DNA of 64,000 nt, from assembly GCF_004010195.1 (NCBI RefSeq), contig NC_057755.1, positions 10,015,989 through 10,079,988 of the forward strand, given 5' to 3'. Source of the stretch: Chiloscyllium plagiosum (lineage: Eukaryota). The position numbers and the translations under genes were made by a program. A model generated the notes under the pieces. The model ran no database searches, had not been told where the DNA came from, and saw only the letters and a program-made list of their open reading frames with translations. Positions 53,675-64,000 of this stretch are shown piece after piece. How positions within the stretch are numbered: position 1 is the first letter of the stretch; each line of letters begins with the position of its first letter.

Positions 53675-54780
53675 CTTTTAAAAGAAATCACATGTTAACG
53701 AAAATCTGCTTTGGGTGTAGGATTTCTCCTGCTTTCTGAATTGGATTGGGTGTAGCACGTTTTTCAAACACTTGACACTTCCTGTGTTCTCCAGTTTTAA
53801 TTCCCTTCAGGTATTCGCTTTTTTAACATTATTATCGCAATGTTACGAATCAGCCTTTTCGTAAGTAATTCAACATTAGACCTGAAAATCTTTTGCCGAG
53901 TTGGTGTCTTAAAAGCATTTTGAATACATTTCACAAATGTGTTGTCCGAACAATAACGTCGCTTATTTTTTTGAGGAATGTGCATTGAGTCTGATCCCTC
54001 AAGATTCCTGTTCTATTATGTTACTGTGTTTTGACTCTGGGACATGCACAAACTGGACAGCAGCAGATGGGAGTGAATCATCGTCAGTTTCCTGCAGTGT
54101 CCTGGGCATGTATTGTGAAGAAACTTGAAACAACGGGATTGGATGGGATGTAACAGTTTGAAGGAATAAGGGGGCTGAGGCCAGGGAGAGATTTGCAAAC
54201 ACAACGATGTTGAATTATCAAATCCAGGTATTGTTGAATCAGGAGCCAAAGGACGTCAGGGAATTCAGGTAGTGATGGGGAAAAGGGACTTGGTGAGTTA
54301 ATTCACAAAGCAAAGAAACCTGACAGCGGGAACATCCAAGACATTTTCATGCCGATAGACTGTTATTAGTGGGTGCCTCAAGAGTGTTGGGAATATTCAA
54401 ATGGTGACATGTCATGCCCATGTCTGTATTATAGATGTCACAAATTGTTTTGAATATGTTGGAGAGTTTTAAGCTGTTGATGGACTTGTTTTCTCCAAAA
54501 AATTAAATCAACATGTGTCATGGAACAAGTATTTTACAGGAAAAAAAACTACAAAAGCAATTTTTAAATCAGAATTCTGTATAAACTCTTTCTTGATACA
54601 AATGAGTGAAGTATAAATTGTAATTGTCAGAACATGACAGAATCCTGACCCCAAAGGTAACAGTCTCACACAGGAAGGAAAGACAATTAGAGCAAAAGAG
54701 AATGACTACTTTGATGGAAGTTCCCTGGATGTGACAATTTTTTAATCTTTATATTAATTGAACACATAGCGTTATCTCAC

Positions 54781-55185
54781 CGGGCGCATGATCACGATTC
54801 TCACCTGCTCGAGGTCCCTTTGATTTCCCTGCCCTGTCGAAAAAAATTATCCTTCCATCTGGAGGCATATTGTTACTGGAAACGCTGTCTGAAACTTTCT
54901 CCTCTTGCTGAAGACTAGTTGATGTGGGCTTCCTTACTGCAGGGGTAATCTTCACATTGTCCAGTTCATACTGAGGTGTGGCATTTGATAACAAAGGGAT
55001 AATAGTTTTAACATGTCCTTTTCTACAAATCTGCAGTTCATCCTTCAATGGCTTCTGAAGTGATTTTATGTTTACATCATCCTGGATCTCCCTGTTATGA
55101 AGTGAACTTGATGAGTCTGTTGTCATGTTTCTGGATTCCTCAGGCGTGTACTGGTCCATGCAATCTCCATGCAGAAAAGGAATAT
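54781..55185 (-). CDS. Repeat exon R5 (405 bp, phase 1-1)
   Basis: cccaaag|...CCCG|gtgaga; open frame DIPFLHGDCMDQY...ENRDHAP. Confidence 0.75.
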
Positions 55186-56295
55186 CTTTGGGAAGAAGGA
55201 AACGATTTTAAAAAATGAAGTCACAAATATTTCTCCTCCACTGGGGTTTAATTAGGCTGGGCAAAACTTAATACATCTTTCAATAACCTGACACGTTCCG
55301 TGTTGTCAACTTTCAAATAATTTCAGGTGTCCACTATTCTGTAACATTATTTTAACAAGTTAATTAATTAACCATTTTACATACTTCAAACTGAGGCATA
55401 AAAATACATTCTCCAATTTTTACTTGAAGAGTACTTTGTAGATATTTGAAGAATTTGGTCTCCCAACATCAATGTGACTTCATTTTACACTGAATATGTG
55501 GAGAGTCAGTCCCCCACCCTCCCCCCAAGGTTCCTTTACTCCTCTGTTACTGTATACTGATTCTGAGACACAAATGATTTCTACAGAAGCAGATGGGTGT
55601 GAATAATGTGCAAGGTTTGTGAATTCCTCACCTGTGTTCTGATCCATGACATGCACAATGAAGAAACCTGAAACAGCTGACTAATGATGGGATGAAGCTA
55701 TTTGAATGAAACAGAGGGATTTGCATAAACGGCAAATTTGAATGATCAAATCCAGTTGAAGTTGCACTCAGACCAAAATGGACGTCAGTGAGCCTAGCTC
55801 GTGATGGGGAAATGGGACGTGGTTTGACGATTCGCAAAGTGCAAGATGACTGTGGGACAAACAGTTCATTTTCATTCTGACAGACAGGTTTTAGTGGGTG
55901 CTAAAGAGTGATAAGACTATACAAACAGTAACCTGTCAGGTCAGTGTTTGTGTTATCCTTGTGGCACATTGTTTATGTTGGAGAGTTTCACACAGACATG
56001 AAACTGGACTTATCCAAAAATAAGTCAACACCCCAAATGATTCAATTATTTAACAGAAGAAACCTACAATAGTAAAATTTGAGTAAGGATTCTACGTAAC
56101 CTCTTTCCTGAGATAAATTAATGAAGTATAAATCGTAAATAAGAGAGCATTTCGCATTTCTGATAACCATGTCAGCAGTCTTACATAGAGAGGAATAACA
56201 AATAAAGTAAAAGAAGATGAGCACTTTGATGGTAGTTCCCTGGATGTAATTAAATCTTTCTCAGTACATTAATTAAACACATAGTTTCATTCCGC

Positions 56296-56712
56296 CGGGT
56301 CCATTGTCACTGTTCTCACCTGCTCCAGGTCCCTTTGCTTTCACTGCCGTGCCGAACGAAATGCTCATTCCATCTGGAAGCATATTGCTACTGGGACCGC
56401 CGACTGAGATGTTTTCCTCTTGCAGAAGACCAATTGGTCTGGGATTCCTCACTTGATTGGAGCATGTAGGGGTACTCTTCACGTTGTCCAGTTCCTGCTG
56501 GGATGTTGTAGTTGAGAACAAAGGGATAACAGTTTTAACATGTCCTTCCCGACAAACCTGCAATTCATCCTGCAATAGTTTCTGAGGTGATTGAATGTTT
56601 ACACTATCCTGGGTTTCCCTGTTATGAAGTAAACTTGCTGAGTCTGTCGTCATGTTTCTGAGTTCCTCACACAGGTGCGGGTCCGTGGAATCTCCATGCA
56701 GACCAGGAATAT
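56296..56712 (-). CDS. Repeat exon R4 (417 bp; donor mutated to GC)
   Basis: ccgaag|DIPGLHGDSTDPH...ENSDNGP+G|gcggaa; frame open, donor weak. Confidence 0.55.
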
Positions 56713-57810
56713 CTTCGGGGAATAAAAAACAAAGTATAAAAAGAAAAAGCTCAAATATTTCGAATTCTTTGGGGTTAATGTTGGCTGGGCACAATGTAAT
56801 ATATTTTTCAATAACTGGATACTTTCTGTGTTGTCCACTTTCAAATCTCTTCAGATGTTCACTGTTCTGTAACATGATTATAACAAGACAACTAATTATG
56901 CATTTTTCATACTTCAATATGAGAAATGGAAATCAAATCCACAGTTGTTACCTTAACAGCATTTTGTATATATTTGAAACAAATTGGTCTCCCAACATTA
57001 ATGTCAATACATTTTACACGGAAGATGTGAGGAGACAGTCCCTCCAAGATTCCTTCATTCCTCTGTTACTGTATGTTGACACTGAGACACAAATGATATT
57101 TGCAGTAGCAGATGAGAGTGAATCACTTTCTGTTCCCAAGCAGTCTACAGGATATGTGTAATGAAGAAACCTGAAAAAGCTGACTTCTGATGGGATGAAA
57201 CAGTTTGAAGAAAACGCAGGGATTTGCCAACATGGCAATTTTGAATGATAAAATCCAGTTGTGGTTGAACTTAGAACAAAGTGAACGTCAGTAAGCCCAG
57301 CTAATAATTGGGAAATGGGACTTGGTGTGAGGATCAATAAAGGAAAGTAAACTGTCGGTGCGACAAACAGATCATTATTATGCTGACAGACTGGTATTCG
57401 TGGGTGCTACAAGAGTGATAAGAAAATACAGACGGTCACATGTCGGGTCAGTGGCTGTGTTATAGGAGAAGTGCATTGTTCTAAACATGTCGGAGAGTTT
57501 TAAACAGGCATGAGGCTTGTCTTATCCAAAAAAAACAAGCCAATAGCCAAAATTATTCAAATATTTTACAAAATAAAACTGCAATACTAAATTCTGAATC
57601 AGGATTCTATGTAACTTCTTTCTTGAGGTAAATGAATGAAATATAAATTGTAAATATGAGAGCATTTCGCTTTTCTGATAACAAAATCAGCAATCTCACA
57701 TAGGGAGGAATAACAAATAAAGTAAAAGAAAATGAACACTTTGATGGTGGTTCCCTGGATGTAATTAAATCTTTCTCGGTATATTAATTAAACACACAGT
57801 TTCATCTCAC

Positions 57811-58227
57811 CGGGTCCATTGTCACTGTTTTCAACTGCTCCAGGTCCCTTTGCCTTCACTGCTGCGCCAAACGGAACGCTCATTCCATCTGGAAGCATAT
57901 TTATACTGGGACCGCCGATTGAGATGTTCTCCTCTTGCAGAAGACCAATTGGTCCGGGATTCCTCACTGGACTGGGGCATGTATGGGTACTCTTCACGTT
58001 GCCCAGTTCCTGCTGAGGTGTTGCAGTTGAGAACAAAGGGATAGTTGTTTTAACATGTCCTTCCCTACAAACCTGTAGTTCATCCTGCAATGGTTTCTGA
58101 GGTGATTGAATGTTTACACTATCCTGGATTTCCCTGTTATGAAGTAAACTTGGTGAGTCTGTTGTCGTGTTTCTGAATTCCTCACACATGTGCTCGTCCA
58201 TGGAATCTCCATGCAAAACAAGAGATT
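57811..58227 (-). CDS. Repeat exon R3 (417 bp, phase 1-1)
   Basis: cccgtag|ESLVLHGDSMDEH...ENSDNGP+G|gtgaga. Confidence 0.78.
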
Positions 58228-59051
58228 CTACGGGAAGAAACAAAAGTTTAACGAAATGAAAAGCACAAATATTTCTCTTCCACTGGTGTTTGAATGAGCT
58301 GGACAAAATCTAATACATCTTTCAATAACCAGATACTTGCGGTGTGGTCGACTTTCAAATACCTTCAGGTGTTACGCATTCTTCAACATTATTTTAACAT
58401 GTTAATTAATTAACCATTTTACAAACTTCAAAATGAGAAATAAAAACGAATTTTCCAGTTTTTACCAGACGAACATTTTGCAGATATTTGAAGAATATTT
58501 TCTCCGAACATTAAAGTCACTTCATTTTACATGGAATATATGGAGAGTCAATCCCCCCAAGATTCCTTTACTCCTCTGTTACTGTATATTGACTCTGAAT
58601 CACAAATGATCTTTACAGTATCAGATGGGAGTGAATCATTTTTTGTTCATTAGCAGTGTACAGGATCTGTGTAATGAAGAAACCTAAAAGGACATCAGTG
58701 AGCCTAGATGGCGATAGGAAAATGGCACTTGGTGAGAGGTTTGATAAAGCACAAGAAAACGATCGTGGGCAAACAGGTCATTCTCATGCTGATAGATTGG
58801 TATTAGTGTGAGGTACAAGAGTGATGAGAATATACCAACGGTAACATGTCAGGTTAGTGACTGTATAAAAGGAATGGCACGTTGTTCTCAAAATGTCGGA
58901 ATGATTCAACAAGACATGAGTCTAGTTTTATCCAAAAACGAGCCAACGGCCAAAATGATTCAATTATTTTACAGAAGAAAACTGCAATAGCATATTTGGA
59001 AGCAGGATTCTATGTAACCTCTATTTTCAGATAAGATAATGAAGTATAAAC

Positions 59052-59836
59052 TTTATGTACCCTTAGCAGGACTTATACACTTCATGGTAAGTTCCGAGGG
59101 AGTGTTGCTGAAGAAAGAGACCTTGGAGTGCAGGTTCATAGCTCCTTGAAAGTGGAGTCGCTCCTTGAAGTAGATAGGACAGTGAATAAGGCGTTTGGTA
59201 TGCTTTCCTTTATGGATCAGAGTATTGAGTACAGGAGTTGGGAGGTCATGTTGCGGTTGTACAGGACATTGGTTAGGCCACTGTTCGAATATTGCATGCA
59301 ATTCTGGTCTCCTTCCTATCGAAAATATGTTGTGAAAATTGGAAGGGCTCAGAAAAGATTTACAAGGATGTCACCAGGGTTGGAGGATCTGAGCTACAGG
59401 GAGATGCTGAACAGGCTGGGGCTGTTTTCCCTGGAGCGTCGGAGGCTGAGGAGTGACCTAATAAAGGTTTACAAAATTATGACGGGCATGGATAGGATAA
59501 ATAGGCAAAGTATTTTCACTGGGGTCGGGGAGTCCAGAGCTAGAGGGCAAAGGTTTAGGGTGAGATGGGTAAGATATAAAAGAGACCAAAGGGGCAACTT
59601 TTTCATGCAGAGGGTGGTACATGTATGGAATGAGCTGCCAGTGGATATGGTGGAGGCTGGTACAATTGCAACATTGAAGAGGCATTTGGATGGGTATATG
59701 AATAAGAAGAGTTTGGAGGAATATGGGCCAGTTGCTGGCAGGTAGGACTAGATTTGGTTGGGATTCAGCATGGACCGGTTGGACCGAGGGGTCTGTTTCC
59801 ATGCAATACATATCTCTGACTCTTTGACTCTATGAC
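59052..59836 (+). mobile_element. CR1 LINE 3' end, relatively young, inserted in the R2-R3 intron
   Basis: 205-aa open ORF2 C-terminus (LYRTLVRPLFEYCMQFWSP, WNELP); (tgactct)n tail; absent from sister units. Confidence 0.93.
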
Positions 59837-59979
59837 TGCATTCCTGATTACAATGTTTACAGTCTCACACAGGAGAGAATAACAAATAAAGTAAAAGAAA
59901 ATGAACAGTTTGATGGTGGTTCACTGGATGTAATTAAATCTTTCTCGGTATATTAATTAAACACACAGTTTCATCTCAC

Positions 59980-60396
59980 CGGGTCCATTGTCACTGTTTT
60001 CAACTGCTCCAGGTCCCTTTGCCTTCACTGCTGCGCCAAACGGAACGCTCATTCCATCTGGAAGCATATTTATACTGGGACCGCCGATTGAGATGTTCTC
60101 CTCTTGCAGAAGACCAATTGGTCCGGGATTCCTCACTGGACTGGGGCATGTATGGGTACTCTTCACGTTGCCCAGTTCCTGCTGAGGTGTTGCAGTTGAG
60201 AACAAAGGGATAGTTGCTTTAACATGTCCTTCCCTACAAACCTGCAGTTCATCCTGCAATGGTTTCTGAAGTGATTGAATGTTTACACTATCCTGGATTT
60301 CCCTGTTATGAAGTAAACTTGGTGAGTCTGTTGTCGTGTTTCTGAATTCCTCACACATGTGCTCGTCCATGGAATCTCCATGCAGAACAGGAGATT
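59980..60396 (-). CDS. Repeat exon R2 (417 bp, phase 1-1)
   Basis: cccgcag|ESPVLHGDSMDEH...ENSDNGP+G|gtgaga. Confidence 0.78.
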
Positions 60397-61271
60397 CTGC
60401 GGGAAGAAACAAAAGTTTAACGAAATGAAAAGCACAAATATTTCTCTTCCACTGGGGTTTAAATGGGCTAGACAAAATCTAATACATCTTTCAATAACCC
60501 GATACTTGAGGTGTGGTCGACTTTCAAATACCTTCAGGTATTAAGCATTCTGCAACATTATTTTAACATGTTAATTAATTAACCATTTTACAAACTTCAA
60601 AATGAGAAATAAAAACAAATTCGCCAGCTTTTACCTGAAGAACACTTTGCAGATATTTGAAGAATTTGTTCTCCCAACATTAAAGTCATTTCATTTTACA
60701 TGGAATATATGGAGAGTCAGACCCCCCAAGATTCCTTTACTCCTCTGTTACTGTATGTTGACCCTGAGTCACAAATGATCTTTACAGTATCAGATGGGAG
60801 TGAATCATTTTTCTGTTCATAAGCAGTGTACGGGGTCTGTGTAATGAAGAAACCTAAAAAGGACGTCAGTGAGCCTAGATGGTGATGGGAAAATGAGACT
60901 TGATGAGAGGATTGATAAAGCACAAGAAAATGATCGTGGGCAAACAGGTCATTTTCATGCTGACAGATTGGTATTAGTGTGTGCTACGAGAGTGATGAGA
61001 ATATACAAACGGTAACGTGTCTGGTCAGTGACTGTACAAATGTAACGGCACGTTGTTCTGAAAATGTCGGAATGATTCAAAAAGACACGAGGCTAGTTTT
61101 ATCGAAAACGAGCCAACGGCCAAAATGATTCAATTATTTTATCAAAGAAAACTACAACAGTAAATCAGGATTTTATGTAACCTCTTTCTTCAGATAAGTG
61201 AATGAATAATAAATTGTAAATATCACAGCATGCCTGCATTCCTGATATAACAATATTAACATTCTCACACT

Positions 61272-61296
61272 GGGGGGGGGGGGGGGGGGGGGGGGG
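61272..61296 (+). repeat. G25 homopolymer
   Basis: Direct reading. Confidence 0.95.
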
Positions 61297-61404
61297 AGGT
61301 GACAGCAAATAAAGTAAAGGAGAATGAGCACTATGATAGTTGTTCCCTGGACGTAATTAAATCTTTAATTTACGTGGATTAATTAAAAAGAATGTGTCAT
61401 CGGG

Positions 61405-61827
61405 CTGGGTGCATGGTCACTGTTCTCATCTGCTCCAGGACCCGTTATTTTCTCTGTTATGTCTAAAAAAAAACTGTTAATTCCATTTGGGCGCGCGTTA
61501 CCCCTGGGAACGCTGATTGTAGTTTTCTCCTCTTGCTGAAGAACAGTTGGATCTGGATTCCTGAGTGGCCGAGGACTTGCAGGGGTAATCTTCATAGGGA
61601 CCATTTCGTTCTGAGGTTTTGTATTTGAGAACAATGGGATAATAGTTTTAGACTATCCCTCTCTGCAAAACTGCAGCTCATCCTCCAATTGTTTAAAAGG
61701 AGTTTGCATATTTATACAATGTTGGTCCTCCCTTTTATGAGAAAAAAAATTGCTTAGACTGTTACAGTATTTCAGAATTCCTCATTCGGTTTTGGATCCA
61801 AGACATCTCCATGCAGATCAGAAAATT
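61405..61827 (-). pseudogene. Repeat exon R1, dead pseudo-exon
   Basis: EFSDLHGDVLDPKPNEEF*NTVTV*, a frameshift in a T-run, GGA TAG, and donor GT lost. Confidence 0.8.
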
Positions 61828-64000
61828 CTTCAGGAAGAATAAAAAGGTTTGAAACCAAAATGAAATAGCATCAAATACTTCCCCTGCTTTGGTGTTTATG
61901 TCTGGGCACAACTTATTACATTTTTCAAAAACCTGATACTTTCCATGTTTTTCTCGTTCGAATTCCTTTTGGTGGTGTTTTTTATCTGTTCTATCGCGTT
62001 AATATAACTAACTTATCATTCTGCATATTTCAATATTACACATGAAAATCAATTCCCCAGTTCGTACCTTCAGTGCTTTTTGCATATAATTGAAGAATTT
62101 GGTTTCCCAAAGTCGATGTAATTTAATTTAGACCGAACATGGGTGGATCTTTTACTGGTCTCTGGGCAATTAGACATCAGCCTTAAAGAGTGATACAGCC
62201 CACATTACATGAATGTGTAAAGAATATCCGTACTATGAAATAAAAGTGATCTCACCGAATGCTTGTGCATGTATGCTGTTTTCATGGTCTCCATTTGAAT
62301 GGGGTTGTGGAGCTGAATATCCATTCATGGAATTCCTGGATTTAATTTCATTGCAAATGTCCGGTGTTTCAGACACAATATGTTTCTCTTTGTTCTGTTA
62401 GAGCAAGATTGTAAATCATCAGCAAGGGAGTGACATTTCCTTACATATTCTGTATTGACAATAAACAGAGCAAGGGAACTGGGTTTTGATATCTGCTCTG
62501 GTGAATATCTGTGTGGAGTTTGCACATTCTGTGGATTTGTAGGTTCGGCGCATTAGTCGGGGTAATGTAGCATAATTGGGTAGCGGAATGGGTCTGGGTA
62601 GATTACTCTTAGGAGAGTTGGTGTGCACTTGTTTGGAGAAAGGACCTGTTTCCACACTGCTGATAATCTATGAGAATACGATTCTCCCTGTGCCTGTGAG
62701 GGTTTTCTCGCATAGTCCAAAGATTTGCAGGTTTGGTCGAATGGCCACAGCAAGTTGCCCAGATGGCCATGGATGTACAGGCCAGATATATTACCCATAC
62801 ACATAAGGGTGAAGTGGTTCTCCTGGATGAAATATTTTTCAAATTGGGTGAATGGCGAACTTGCATGATGAGGTTTCTCTGATTCTAACTAATTAATTTG
62901 ACAAATGCCCAATGAGTTGCATTATGTTTACTTCCCTGTGACTGAAACTGCCTTTAAATGTCAAATTAAGGAGAACAATTCTCCACAAATACTTGCTTTT
63001 ACATTTTGCGTGATTGTAATGACAGACGTTAACAAGATCTCAATGTGTGATATGGCCATTAACTGTAGAAATCTTAAGGAATCCCTGCCTGGCAAAAGTA
63101 GATGCTAGACATGTTACTGACGCGTACAAATGCAGAAGGCACAGATATATTTCATCTCATATCAATTTGACTAATCCTTTGTTTGAATACAAGTGAGGAG
63201 CGATGTCTCAGAATAAAGATGTGAAGAGCACAAATGGAAGGCGTAGAAAGGTTGACAATATTGAGCCAACTTGGTGCTGACCAGAGAATAACATTTGTTC
63301 TCAGAGGCAAGGATGCCGATATGATGTGCAAGACGGAGGAAGAGTTTCAAGTCCAAAAGTCGAGGTTATCAGGGGATGTCTGAGTTAGATGTTTTAAATG
63401 TGGGTAAGGTCGATCGCCAAGCGGACAGCAGTTCAGACAGCCAGAATATAACTTTTTTTTATTATATCTTATGTCACATAGGGGAGAACTGGAGTTTGTA
63501 TCGGTTATCTCAGAAATGAAACTTTGAGGATTAATGTGACATCATTGGAAATCAGATCGACATTAATTATATTCAAGCACGCATATGAAAGTGGAATTTG
63601 TACATTCTGAAGTGGATTGCTTTTTGGTTCATTGATATGTAAGATTATGCGCTAACACTATCGAAGTGTAACAGATGCAATATTTACTTCCTTTGGAAGC
63701 CACTGACATTATTCTGAGCTAAAAGTATTCCTCGATTTTCGTCTGAAAAAATACTTAGAAGTGGGAATTGAACGAATGAATAATTTTATTATCACGTGTA
63801 CTGGACAGAGAGGAAACAGTAAAATAAAAATTCGAAAGCTCTCCCACTGTTGCCCCGGTCATACACCATTTTGAATAGTTAGAAGAATAAGGAAAATTAA
63901 CAACAAAATAAGCATGGTCTAAAGTGTGTTCATCCGTCCTGAGCCAGCGTATTATCACTGACGCCCGCAAAACCGTCCTTCCTCCAACATTTTGCTACCA

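Larger units (their letters stand above)
53330..62130. repeat. Six tandem ~1.4-1.5-kb exon+intron units (R6 to R1)
   Basis: Homologous acceptors at 53674, 55185, 56712, 58227, 60396 and 61827; intron sequences are also homologous. Confidence 0.92.

Noticed and set aside
53999..57337. Second exon-like segment (tttcag|gtttcttc...) in each 1.5-kb unit
   Set aside because: The reading frame differs between units and contains stops, with no conserved donor; at most an ancient dead exon
63755..63970. 71-aa minus-strand ORF as first coding exon of the repeat-CARD gene
   Set aside because: No convincing donor or homology; the frame is not conserved in the homologous 5.6-6.0 kb segment

Overview
Eukaryotic, repeat-rich DNA. 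The CR1/Penelope/Gypsy/SINE content and gene types suggest a cartilaginous fish, probably a shark (inference). Host genes are all on the minus strand. (1) An intact two-exon GPR139-like class A GPCR (38157-38088 + 34947-34022, 331 aa). (2) A tandem pseudogene paralog of it (10181-10112 + 465-<1). (3) A multi-exon gene invisible in the ORF track (46.8-62 kb). It has six ~1.5-kb tandem units, each carrying a symmetric phase-1 exon of ~139 codons (one dead, one cut to a mini-exon), spliced to two duplicated two-exon death-fold (CARD-like) domains of the type found at the N-terminus of shark NLRs, with no NACHT/LRR following. The rest is mostly decayed retroelements: Penelope-like elements with hammerhead-ribozyme cores, Gypsy LTR elements, CR1 LINEs and SINEs. 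There are also local duplications and a 3.9-kb 44-bp minisatellite with an exact 666-bp higher-order period, which creates three spurious giant ORFs. Coordinates of decayed repeats are approximate, and all alignments and family assignments were made by eye.
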